The notes below the pieces were generated by a model, which did no database searches, had not been told where the DNA came from, and was given only the letters and a program-made list of their open reading frames with translations. The position numbers and the translations under genes were made by a program. A DNA stretch of 64,000 nt from Thermodesulfobacteriota bacterium (lineage in GTDB: Bacteria; Desulfobacterota_D; UBA1144; Nemesobacterales; UBA2774): assembly GCA_963422265.1 (NCBI GenBank), contig OY729416.1:1719596-1783595 (forward strand), written 5' to 3'. The stretch's first letter is position 1. Every line of letters begins with the position of its first letter. Positions 42,865 through 52,360 of the stretch are shown here, piece after piece.

Positions 42865-43360
42865 GTAGGGGATCACGTTTCCCTGACTCCCTGGTTGGTG
42901 GGTCTGCCGAACCCATTTCTGGCTTCCCGATAGAATTGGGAATAACTGGGGGTGTGGTGTAGGGGCGACCCTTGTAGTCGCCCTAAGGTGTGGAGGTGAG
43001 TGTAACCACAAGGGTTACTCCTACGAAAAGATGGAGAGGGTGATGTGGGAGTATAAGGATGATTGATCTTCCCTGATGTTCTATCAAATCCCCCTATATC
43101 CCCCTTTACTAAAGGGGGAATGTGTGAGGAAGGGATCACGTTTCCCTGACTCCCTGGTTGGTGGGTCTGCCGAACCCATTTCTGGATTCCCAGTTCCCCG
43201 CTCAAAGGACTACGGGGACAGGTGGCGGCGGGAATGATGGAAGCTCCCTCACCGCATGTCCCCAGCTTGATTGGGGAAGAGTTACCTCTAAAAAAGATGG
43301 GAGAGGGGGAAAGGACGTCTGAATTTGTGATTTGTAGGGTTGAATGATGGGCTGTGATTT
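42865..43360 (+). repeat. Composite repeat cluster after ftsZ
   Basis: REP-like pair, hairpin modules, nested inserts. Confidence 0.88.
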
Positions 43361-43413
43361 GGGTAGTATTATAGTATTTAAAGGAACATATAATACGAAG
43401 AAAGGAGGATATT

Positions 43414-43884
43414 ATGTATGATGAGAAGTATAGTAGTAAGGGATTTTACCCCGCCCCGAAATTTAGCCTATTAAGCGCGTTAGTGCTTGTATTAGTTAGT
43501 TTTATGATTGTTGGTGGTTGTGGGGGGAGTAGTTCAGGTAGCAGCGAGGATAATAATACCACTACCTGTGGGGACATAGACTTGGCGGACTTACACGGGG
43601 AAAATGGTAGGTCTTGGAAATGTGACAACAATGAATTTCTATTTCGATCTCTCTACTTTTATAAGTCTGAGGGTGAAGGCTGGAAAACTTTTAAGGGATT
43701 CACGCAAGACGAAACCACCTTGAGTGGAGAAGTTACACTAGAGAATTGTAATCTCTATGTTTTTGTGTGGGATGAAGGGGAAGATGACTGGGAAGCGGAG
43801 ATACTACCTCTTAATGCTAAAAAAATGGTTCTGATAGATAAGGTTAAGAAGACAAGAGCGATTTGCTCATATGGTGGGCAATGA
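43414..43884 (+). CDS. Lipoprotein family paralog 1 (no stalk)
   Basis: AAGGAGG RBS; signal peptide ending MIVGG-C; shared Cys-patterned C-terminal domain. Confidence 0.85.
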   Translation: MYDEKYSSKGFYPAPKFSLLSALVLVLVSFMIVGGCGGSSSGSSEDNNTTTCGDIDLADLHGENGRSWKCDNNEFLFRSLYFYKSEGEGWKTFKGFTQDETTLSGEVTLENCNLYVFVWDEGEDDWEAEILPLNAKKMVLIDKVKKTRAICSYGGQ

Positions 43885-44082
43885 TTGGGAGGAGAAAGAA
43901 CAAATCCCCCTATATCCCCCTTTTCTAAAGGGGGAATGTGTGAGGAAGGGATCACGTTTCCCTACTCCCTGGTTGGTGAGCCTGCCGAGGGTAACTTGTT
44001 GAAGGGTGGTCGCCCTAAGGTGTAGAGGTGAGTGTAACCACAAGTGTAACCACGCATGTCCCCAATCAGGATTGGAGATTAG

Positions 44083-44110
44083 TTGACGAAGACATCGCTC
44101 TTATTATAAT
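44083..44110 (+). promoter_or_regulatory. Putative sigma70 promoter
   Basis: TTGACG-16 nt-TATAAT upstream of the 44173 ORF. Confidence 0.55.
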
Positions 44111-44172
44111 AACTTACGGGTATGTAGGCAGGCGTAAAGCGATGTGATAGATACGTTATAGCTTAGACAGAT

Positions 44173-44607
44173 ATGAATAGCGGGAGGCGTTACATGGATA
44201 AATATAGAGTAGGAATATCCAGCACAGCGATATCAATAGGGGTAACCATATTATTGGCACTTTCTCAGTTTTGTCCACTTAACGCGTATGCGGAATCAGT
44301 AATAGAGAATAAGAAGGATATAGAGTATATCAAGGAAAATGTTAGAAAGATTGAGGACAGTATTGGGACAATACAAAGAGACATATCTGACATTAAAGCA
44401 GGACAAGCGAGCAGACAAACGACGTTGCATATAGGCATTGCGATAGCAGCTATGTTTGCCGCTCTGCTTGGATGGGTAATAAAGCAGCTTTTTGATATAT
44501 CTAAAACAGTCAGCATGCTTCTTGGAAGCAAGAAATCTACAGCAACCGACAGGGCAATGTATAATGAGCAACTACCTAAAGGGTTTGTGAGTCCTAAAAG
44601 AAACTAA
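44173..44607 (+). CDS. Small coiled-coil membrane protein
   Basis: Signal-like N-terminus (AYA), heptad coiled coil, TM helix. Confidence 0.7.
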   Translation: MNSGRRYMDKYRVGISSTAISIGVTILLALSQFCPLNAYAESVIENKKDIEYIKENVRKIEDSIGTIQRDISDIKAGQASRQTTLHIGIAIAAMFAALLGWVIKQLFDISKTVSMLLGSKKSTATDRAMYNEQLPKGFVSPKRN

Positions 44608-44669
44608 CAACGGCGGCATACCGCAACGCAAAAGAAGGAGATATAAGTATTAAGCCATGTTCTCCTCGA

Positions 44670-45260
44670 GGGGGGAATAACTGAGGGTTGATCTTCCCTG
44701 ATGTTCTATCAAATCCCCCTATATCCCCCTTTTCTAAAGGGGGAATGTATGAGGAAGGGTTCACGTTTCCCTGACTCCCTGTTTGGTGGGACTGCCGAGG
44801 AGAACTTGTTGAAGGGGGGGCACAAGGAAAGGAAGAATTTTCGTTCCCCAATACCCTATCAAATCCCCCTTGTATCCCCCTTTTCTAAAGGGGGAGAAGA
44901 AGAAATTCCCCTCCTTTTGTAAAGGAGGGAAAGGGTGGATTTTCTTTTTGTTTGTAGGGGTGGTGCTAGCGATGTCCTGAGCGTGCCGAAGTGTGGTCTT
45001 CTCGCCCGAAGGCGTGAAGGTGATAGGTAAACACAAGGGTTACACCTACGAAATGATGGTGTAGGTGATGTGGGAGTATAAGGGATGATTGATCTTCCCT
45101 GATGTTCTATCAAATCCCCCTATATCCCCCTTTTCTAAAGGGGGATTATGTGAGGAAGAAGTCACCCTTCCCCAATACCCTCTCTGGATTCCCAGTTCCC
45201 CGCTCAAAAGCATGTTCCTGCATATATTAAGCAGGAAACTACGGGGGCAGGAATGACGGA
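44670..45260 (+). repeat. Composite repeat cluster
   Basis: Three CCCCCTTTTCTAAAGGGGG hairpins plus nested elements. Confidence 0.88.
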
Positions 45261-45319
45261 TGGATCATAGTTCAGGGTTGCATTTGATTCTTCGTTACGC
45301 TACATTTACAATCCTTGTT

Positions 45320-47314
45320 ATGAGAAAACATCGTCCTTTTTCTTACTTATCTCAATTAGTCCACAGACTCCGTTCACTAACTACCTTAGCTATTGTTTTT
45401 ATAGTTTTGTTTTTCTTCCCTTTCTTCTGCGTGCCTGTGGTGCCAGTAGCGCAATCGGAGGAAGGGCAACCCCCACGCGTTCGATGGGTGGAGATTGGTT
45501 CTGATTCTATAAAGGAGTTGCCCAAGAAGGGGCGGGACGCTAACGACAATCCTAAGGTGGATGATAGTCTGGAAGAGGTGATAGAATCACTTTCGGATAG
45601 GGTCGTCAGTGAGTCGGAGGCTAAGGGAGAGGGAAGCGCCAGAGAATCAGAAGCGGAAGGTGTTCTAAATCCTGTGGATTTATCCACTTCCTTTGTTAAG
45701 GTGGACAGTTCGTCAAGGATTCAGGTGTATGTTTATTGCAATGAAATTAGCGAGGGCAACCTAAAGAAGTTATCTGAACTGGGTTTTGAGAAAGAAATTA
45801 TTGACGAAGAGTATAGGATTATTCAAGGGTGGATTCCTTATGACAAGATAGAGCAAGTGGCTAAGCTAGACTTCGTGAAAGAGATAACCCCTCCAAGTTA
45901 TGGGACTACGAACGCAGGCAGTGTTACTACCAATGGGGACGAGTTCTTAGGGGCGAAGGATGTGAGGAGGGATCTTAGGGTTGACGGGAAGGGGGTTAAG
46001 ATAGGGGTCATCTCTGACGGCGTTCGGACTTTAAGAGACTCTAAGCGGAGCGGTGATTTACCTAATGAAGTTGAAATAGGTTATGTTGAGAATTGCCGGA
46101 ATGCACAAACAAGTTGTAACGAAGGCACAGCGATGCTTGAAATAGTGCACGACATAGCACCTGGGGCTCAGCTTGGTTTTTACTATGGTTTTACCACAGT
46201 GGCCTTTAAGGAGGGGGTGGATTACTTTCGTAAGAATCGCTACGACATAATAGTTGATGACATATTGTTCTTCCTCGAGCCTTATTTTGAGGATGGACCC
46301 GTGGCGAGAAAGGCAAAGCAGGCGGTGGACGAGGGGATCATATTCGTTTCTGCGGCGGGTAATATGGCGAAGAGGCACTATCAAGCTCCTTATAATCATG
46401 CCAATGGATACCATGATTTCGACTCAGGGGCGAGCGGTACAGATGTGCATTTAAGCATAGATTTTAAAAGTGGTACTAGATGCAAATTGTATGTTCAGGC
46501 TATAGATTCTGCTGGTAAAATTTCTTCCGAAAAATTAGAGATAACGAGAGAAGAGAATTTTATACACATTCACGGTGAAGGCAAGAATTTAAAGGAGATT
46601 GAGATTCTTGTTAGTAAAGGCTGTGAACTTGAGGGGAAGTATGCCACTCCGGGAGACTCAATAGTCGGACATGCGGCGGTGCCGGGGGTGATAGCCGTGG
46701 GCGCCGTGGATGAGAATAGAAAGGTGAGAGATTACAGTTCAAGGGGACCCTCGTCCATCATTAATGGGCAGGGGGGGGTTGAAAGGCGTCCTAAGCCTGA
46801 CGTGATGGCTCTTGATGGGGTTGAAACTAGCGCGAAGGGTTTCGAATCTTTTAAGGGTACGTCGGCTGCCGCGCCTCACGTAGCGGGCATAGTGGCTCTT
46901 ATGATACAGGGTTATAACAGGCGTGCGAAGGAAGCGGGGATAGAAGAGGTGGATAAGTTAGAGCGGGCAAAGCAGATAACCGACATCCTAAAGTGCACGG
47001 CGGGTTCAGGTAATTGTAAGGGACATAACAATACGTATGGTTACGGCATAGTGAATGCGCAGCGCGGGTCGGTTCAGCAAGCTATCTCTGCGGGGGAAAG
47101 TGCTAAGGCAGCACCGCCGCCAGTGACGGATGGTGGTAGCGGTGGTGGTGGGTGCTCACTTTGGGGCGAGGCTAAAAACGCGCAAAGCGGTATTATAGAT
47201 ATTCTAATGACGTTTGCGCCGCTCTTTATTCTAATACTGATTTGTTTTATACGTAGGGGTGGTGCTAGGCGATGTCCTGAGCGTGCCGAAGGGTGGTCTC
47301 GCCCTAAGGCGTGA
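45320..47314 (+). CDS. Secreted S8/S53-like serine protease with C-terminal GC-TM-basic tail
   Basis: GV.IGVISDG, EGTAMLEIVHDIAPG, SAAGN, GTSAAAPH; GGSGGGGCSL...TM...RR. Confidence 0.88.
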   Translation: MRKHRPFSYLSQLVHRLRSLTTLAIVFIVLFFFPFFCVPVVPVAQSEEGQPPRVRWVEIGSDSIKELPKKGRDANDNPKVDDSLEEVIESLSDRVVSESEAKGEGSARESEAEGVLNPVDLSTSFVKVDSSSRIQVYVYCNEISEGNLKKLSELGFEKEIIDEEYRIIQGWIPYDKIEQVAKLDFVKEITPPSYGTTNAGSVTTNGDEFLGAKDVRRDLRVDGKGVKIGVISDGVRTLRDSKRSGDLPNEVEIGYVENCRNAQTSCNEGTAMLEIVHDIAPGAQLGFYYGFTTVAFKEGVDYFRKNRYDIIVDDILFFLEPYFEDGPVARKAKQAVDEGIIFVSAAGNMAKRHYQAPYNHANGYHDFDSGASGTDVHLSIDFKSGTRCKLYVQAIDSAGKISSEKLEITREENFIHIHGEGKNLKEIEILVSKGCELEGKYATPGDSIVGHAAVPGVIAVGAVDENRKVRDYSSRGPSSIINGQGGVERRPKPDVMALDGVETSAKGFESFKGTSAAAPHVAGIVALMIQGYNRRAKEAGIEEVDKLERAKQITDILKCTAGSGNCKGHNNTYGYGIVNAQRGSVQQAISAGESAKAAPPPVTDGGSGGGGCSLWGEAKNAQSGIIDILMTFAPLFILILICFIRRGGARRCPERAEGWSRPKA

Positions 47315-47750
47315 AGGCGAGGGTAACCACAAGGGGATTACCCCTACGAAATGATGGTGTGGGTGATGTGGGAGTATAAGGGATGATTGATCTTCCCTGA
47401 TGTTCTATCAAATCCCCCTGTATCCCCCTTTTCTAAAGGGGGAGAAGAAGAAATTTCCCTCCTTTTGTAAAGGAGGGTTAGGGTGGATTTTCTTTTTGTT
47501 TGTAGGGGCGACCCTTGTAGTCGCCCTAAGGCGTGAAGGCGAGGGTAACCACAAGGGGATTACCCCTACGAAATGATGGTGTGGGTGATGTGGGAGTATA
47601 AGGGAGGATTGATCTTCCCTGATGTTCTATCAAATCCCCCTGTATCCCCCTTTTCTAAAGGGGGAGAAGAAGAAATTTCCCTCCTTTTGTAAAGGAGGGT
47701 TAGGGTGGATTTTCTTTTTGTTTGTAGGGGCGACCCTTGTGGTCGCCCTA
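47250..47750 (+). repeat. Repeat cluster with ~223-bp tandem duplication
   Basis: GCCCTAAGGCGTGAAGGCGAGGGTAACC at 47301 and 47524. Confidence 0.9.
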
Positions 47751-47833
47751 AGAGTTGACAAAACCAAAGAAAATTGGTAATTTGGAAGAGAGTAATATAT
47801 CCAAGTCGTTAAAAGTTGCACGTGAGGGTTAGC

Positions 47834-48067
47834 ATGGAAGTCCAAGTAGCTACCAAATCTTATATAGAACGTTTGGATAAAGATATTGCGGCTGTCCGCG
47901 CGGACGTTAAAGAGCTTGCTAAGGGGCAGATTGAAATAAGGGAGGGTTTAGCAGAAATAAAGGGTATGCTGAGTTTTGCTAAACCAGTAATGATGGCAAT
48001 AATTATTTTGATTGCATCTGTATTTGTTAGGTATGTAATAAAGGATATTGTTTCGTTCTTTAGCTAG
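47834..48067 (+). CDS. Small coiled-coil plus C-terminal TM protein (DUF1640/XhlA-like architecture)
   Basis: VATK...DI..VR.DV..L heptads, then hydrophobic helix; GAGG RBS; TTGACA-17-TAATTT at 47755. Confidence 0.7.
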   Translation: MEVQVATKSYIERLDKDIAAVRADVKELAKGQIEIREGLAEIKGMLSFAKPVMMAIIILIASVFVRYVIKDIVSFFS

Positions 48068-48325
48068 GGAGAAGATTGGGTTCCCGCTCGGGACCCTGTC
48101 CTGAGCCTGTCGAAACAGGGAGAGTGTAACCACAAGGGTTACACCTACAAAATGGGTGTCAAGGTTAACCACGCATGTCCCCAGCTTGATTGGGGAAGAG
48201 TTACTTCTACAAAAAGATGGGAGAGGGAGGTCTGAACTAGGATTTTTAGGATTGAATGAGAGGCTATGATTTGGGCAGTATTAGAGTATTTAAAGGAACA
48301 TATAATACGAAGAAAGGAGGGTATT

Positions 48326-49138
48326 ATGTATGATGAGAAGTATAGTAGTAAGAGACTTTACCCCACCCCAAAATTTAGCCTGTTAAGCGCGTTAGTGCTG
48401 GTATTAGTTAGTTTTATGATTGTTGGTGGTGGTTGTGGAGGTGGTGGGGGTAGTTCAGGTAGCAGCGAGGATAATAATACTCCCAAGTCCACTCAGGTGA
48501 TGGAACCCAATGATTATAATGCCGATGAGATTGCTGGACTAAAAACGGAGGTGGCAGAATTGGAGGCAGAGGTGGCAGAATGGAAGGTAAAGGCAGAGGC
48601 AGAAAAGCCATGTCCTACGTGTCCTACCAAAACGTGCCCTACTAAAACTTGCCCTACTACAACTTACCCTACCAGAATTTGCCCTACATGCCCCATTTGC
48701 CCTAGTTATACTAGGCCGCCCGCGTGCCTTAGTGGTACTGAGCTAGATAATAAGACTCCCGATGAACTTCCCTCGTATCCTCCTCACGATTACGGTACCT
48801 GTGAGAATAGGAGCATAGCCGAGGCGGAATTACACGGGAATTTTTTTAGGTCTTGGTCATGCAACAACAATGAATTTCTAGATCTCCGATTTTATAATCC
48901 TGATGAGTGGCGTAAAGATAAAGGCTTTAAAACTTTTTCGGGATACACGCAAGGCTTCTCTGCTCACTGCACCTTGAATGGAGACCATACATATACACCA
49001 AAGAATTGTAATCTCTCTGTTGATGTGTGGAAGGAAGGGGTAGATAACTGGGAAGCGGAGGTACTATCTCTTAATGCTCACAACATGGTTCTGATAGATA
49101 AGGATACGAATACAATAGAGCATTGCTATCAGAATTAG
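48326..49138 (+). CDS. Lipoprotein family paralog 2 (coiled coil plus Cys-Pro-Thr repeat stalk)
   Basis: Same RBS and signal peptide as 43414; CPTCPTKTCPTKTCPT repeats; shared C-terminal domain. Confidence 0.85.
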   Translation: MYDEKYSSKRLYPTPKFSLLSALVLVLVSFMIVGGGCGGGGGSSGSSEDNNTPKSTQVMEPNDYNADEIAGLKTEVAELEAEVAEWKVKAEAEKPCPTCPTKTCPTKTCPTTTYPTRICPTCPICPSYTRPPACLSGTELDNKTPDELPSYPPHDYGTCENRSIAEAELHGNFFRSWSCNNNEFLDLRFYNPDEWRKDKGFKTFSGYTQGFSAHCTLNGDHTYTPKNCNLSVDVWKEGVDNWEAEVLSLNAHNMVLIDKDTNTIEHCYQN

Positions 49139-49493
49139 ATGAGGGGCTATGATTGGAAGGATAAGGAACAAATCCCCCTGTATCCCCCTTTTCTAAAGGG
49201 GGAGAAGATGAGGAAGAACCCTCACCCTGCGTCCCTCTCCCAGAGGGGGAAAGGATGTCTGATTTGTAGGATTGAGTGAGGGGTTATGATGGAAAGGATA
49301 AGGAACAAATCCCCCTGTGTCCTCCTTTTCTAAAGGGGGAGAAGATAAGGGAGTTCCTCACCCCGACCCTCTCCCAGGGGGAGAAGGGGAAAGGGCGTCT
49401 GAATTTGTGATTTGTAGGATTGAGTGAGGGGCTGTGATTTGGGTAGTATTAGAGTATTTAAAGGAACATATAATACGAAGAAAGGAGGATATT

Positions 49494-50114
49494 ATGTATG
49501 ATGAGAAGTATAGTAGTAAGGGATTTTACCCCACCCCGAAATTTAGCCTATTAAGCGCGTTAGTGCTGGTATTAGTTAGTTTTATGATTGTTGGTGGTTG
49601 TGGAGGTGGGGGGAGTAGTTCAGATGGCATCGAGGATAATAATACTCCCAAGCCTACTACGGCGGATGATACTAAGCTAGAGAAAAGTCCCACTCCGGCG
49701 GCGGATGAGACTAATCTAGATGATAAGATTTCCGATGAACTTCCTCCCTCGGATCCTACTCGCTCTTACGGCACCTGTGATGAAAGGAGCATAAACTTGG
49801 CGCACTTACGCGGGAAAGGGAAAGGTTATAAGCCTTGGAAATGTGACAACAGTGAATTTCTATCTCTCAGATTTTATGATTCTGCTGAGTGGGGTGAACG
49901 CAATAGAACTTTTATCGCACTCGAGCAAGATCAAACCAAATTGTATGGATACTTTACACTAAAGAATTGTAATCTCTCTGTTGATTTTTGGGATGAAGGG
50001 GTAGATGACTGGGAAGCGGAGATACTATCTCTTGATGCTCAAAAAATGGTTCTGATGTATAAGGGTACGGATAAAATAGAGCATTGCTCATCAGGATTGA
50101 ATGATGGGCAATGA
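49494..50114 (+). CDS. Lipoprotein family paralog 3 (Pro/Thr/acidic stalk)
   Basis: Same RBS and signal peptide; shared C-terminal domain. Confidence 0.85.
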   Translation: MYDEKYSSKGFYPTPKFSLLSALVLVLVSFMIVGGCGGGGSSSDGIEDNNTPKPTTADDTKLEKSPTPAADETNLDDKISDELPPSDPTRSYGTCDERSINLAHLRGKGKGYKPWKCDNSEFLSLRFYDSAEWGERNRTFIALEQDQTKLYGYFTLKNCNLSVDFWDEGVDDWEAEILSLDAQKMVLMYKGTDKIEHCSSGLNDGQ

Positions 50115-50690
50115 TTGGGAGGAGAAAGAACAAATCCCCCTGTATCTCCCTTTTCTAAAGGGGGAGAAGATGAGGAAGTACTCTCACCCTGCGTCCTTCT
50201 CCCTCTGGGAGAGGGGGATACAGGGCGTCTGAATTTGTGATTTGTAGGATTGAATGGTGGGCTGTGATTTGGAGGAGAAAGATCAAATCCCCCTAAATCC
50301 CCCTTTTCTAAAGGGGGAATGTGTGAGGAAGGGTTCACGTTTGCCTACTCCCTGGTTGGTGAGCCTGCCGGACCATTTCTGGATTCCCGATAGAATTGGG
50401 AATAACTGGGGTGTGGTGTAGGGGCGACCCTTGTAGTCGTCCAAAGGCGTGAGGGCAATGGGTAACTACAAGGATTTACCCCTACGAAAAGATGGTGTGG
50501 GTAGGAATCCAGAGGGTGTGAGAGATAAGGGATGATTGATCTTCCCTGATGTTCTATCAAATCCCCCTAAATCCCCCTTTTCTAAAGGGGGAATGTGTGC
50601 GGAAGGGTTCACATTCCTCGTTCCCCTCAAAATGGGTGTCAAGGTTAACCACGCATGTCCCCAGCTTGATTGGGGAAGGGTTACCTCTAC
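50095..50690 (+). repeat. Composite repeat cluster
   Basis: Same modules; similar blocks at 48070-48270 and 49140-49440. Confidence 0.88.
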
Positions 50691-50726
50691 GGCTACGGCG
50701 GATAGGCGCACGATGCCGCACATAAA

Positions 50727-51884
50727 TTATAATGACACTTTGGGGTGGATTATTTTAATTAAATCTACGGCTTTATCTATTTCTTCGGTGGTGTTTTCAA
50801 CGGAAAAGCTAAACCTCACGCTTGAGTAAGCCTCTTCTTTGGAGAGACCCATGGCGCAAAGCACGTAGGACGGGGCTGTTTCAAAATTAGTGCAGGCTGA
50901 GCTTTGAGAGCATCTAACACCTGCCTGATCTAGCTCTGCAACTAGCTTTTTTCCATCTACTCCGCTAAATGATAAGTTAGTCGTGTTGCATACCCTGCGT
51001 TTGACGTCTCCGTTTACCTTGGCGCCGGGGATGGAGTCTAGCACCATCGCCTCGAATCTATCGCGAAGGCTCTTCATCAGGGAAATGAATTCGGCTAGTC
51101 GGTTGTTCCTTATCTCAGCGGCTTTTCCCATACCAGCTACGCCGGGAACGTTTTCGGTGCCCGGGCGAAACCCTTCTTCCTGAAACCCGCCGAACATAAT
51201 CGGCGTTAGCAAGAACCTCTCCTTAGAGTAAATAGCGCCTACGCCCTGGGGCGAGTGAAACTTGTGCCCTGTTAGGGATAAAAAATCAATAGGAGCGTCT
51301 TGGACATTCATATCTATCTTGCCGACTGCCTGAGCCGCGTCCGTATGCAGGACGACACCCCTTGAGCGACATATACACCCTATCTCGTCTATAGGCTGGA
51401 CTATGCCGGTCTCGTTATTTACCCAACCGACGGAAACAAGGTCTGTATTCTCGTTTATCTCTTTTTCAAGACTCTCAATATCCAAACGACCCTTTGAATC
51501 GACGCCAATCGTCTTAACTTGCACCCCGTTTAGGCTTAGGTAGCTACACATTTTTTGTATTGAGGAATGCTCAACGGTCGTAGTGATGATCTTGACGTCC
51601 TTAGCACCTGACGTCCGTAAACGCCCGCCGCATGCGGAGTAAAAAGCCATGTTGTTGGATTCGGTTCCTGAGCTAGTAAAGGTTATTTTGTCAGGTGGGA
51701 CGCCCAAGAGGCTCGCTAGGCGTCTCCTTGCATTTTCAAGGGTCAGGCGACCGCGCGCTCCCGCTCTGTGCGCGCTTGAAGGATTGCCAAACTCCTCTCT
51801 CATCGTCCTTAGCGCCTCTTCTTTCACCTCTGGCAGCGCTGTGGTCGTTGCGTTGTTGTCAAAGTATATTTCTTTGTCATTCAT
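50727..51884 (-). CDS. Cysteine desulfurase (IscS/NifS type)
   Basis: YFDNNATT, GNPSS.H, HTDAAQ, GHKFH (PLP lysine), R.GTEN, SSAC. Confidence 0.93.
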   Translation of the reverse strand: MNDKEIYFDNNATTTALPEVKEEALRTMREEFGNPSSAHRAGARGRLTLENARRRLASLLGVPPDKITFTSSGTESNNMAFYSACGGRLRTSGAKDVKIITTTVEHSSIQKMCSYLSLNGVQVKTIGVDSKGRLDIESLEKEINENTDLVSVGWVNNETGIVQPIDEIGCICRSRGVVLHTDAAQAVGKIDMNVQDAPIDFLSLTGHKFHSPQGVGAIYSKERFLLTPIMFGGFQEEGFRPGTENVPGVAGMGKAAEIRNNRLAEFISLMKSLRDRFEAMVLDSIPGAKVNGDVKRRVCNTTNLSFSGVDGKKLVAELDQAGVRCSQSSACTNFETAPSYVLCAMGLSKEEAYSSVRFSFSVENTTEEIDKAVDLIKIIHPKVSL

Positions 51885-51899
51885 AGGATAAGTCTCTAA

Positions 51900-52350
51900 A
51901 GGTAACCAATGTGGCTACCCTCTTTCAACAAGTTCCCTTCGGCAGGCTCACCAACCAGGGAGTAGGGAAACGTGAACCCTTCCTCACACAATCCCCCTTT
52001 AGAAAAGGGGGATACAGGGGGATTTGATAGAACATAAGGGAAGATCAATCATCCCTTATCTCCCCATACCCTCTGGATTCCTACCCTCTCCATCTTTTCG
52101 TAGAGGTAACCCTTGTGGTTACCCATTGCCCTCACGCCTTTGGGCGACTACAAGGGTCGCCCCTACAAACAAAAAGAAAACCCACCCTAACCCTCCTTTA
52201 CAAAAGGAGGGAAATATCCTTTACTATCCTCTGAGCTTGCCGAAGCATAGTCGCCCATCCGTGTAATAAACTCCCCGTCATTCCCACCCTTGCCTGTTCC
52301 CGTGATCTCCTGCTTAATACGTGCAGGGAAGTGCTCTCGCAGGAAGAATG
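51900..52350 (-). repeat. Composite repeat cluster (reverse orientation)
   Basis: Reverse complement of the 50340-50620 type block. Confidence 0.88.
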
Positions 52351-52360
52351 GGAGAGAACC

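Noticed and set aside
48266-48325. Longer ORF-track starts for lipoproteins 2 and 3, the protease, CI, ftsW, ftsZ, murE and parA
   Set aside because: Downstream starts have better RBS or gene overlap and match paralogs or family N-termini; several upstream starts lie in repeat DNA
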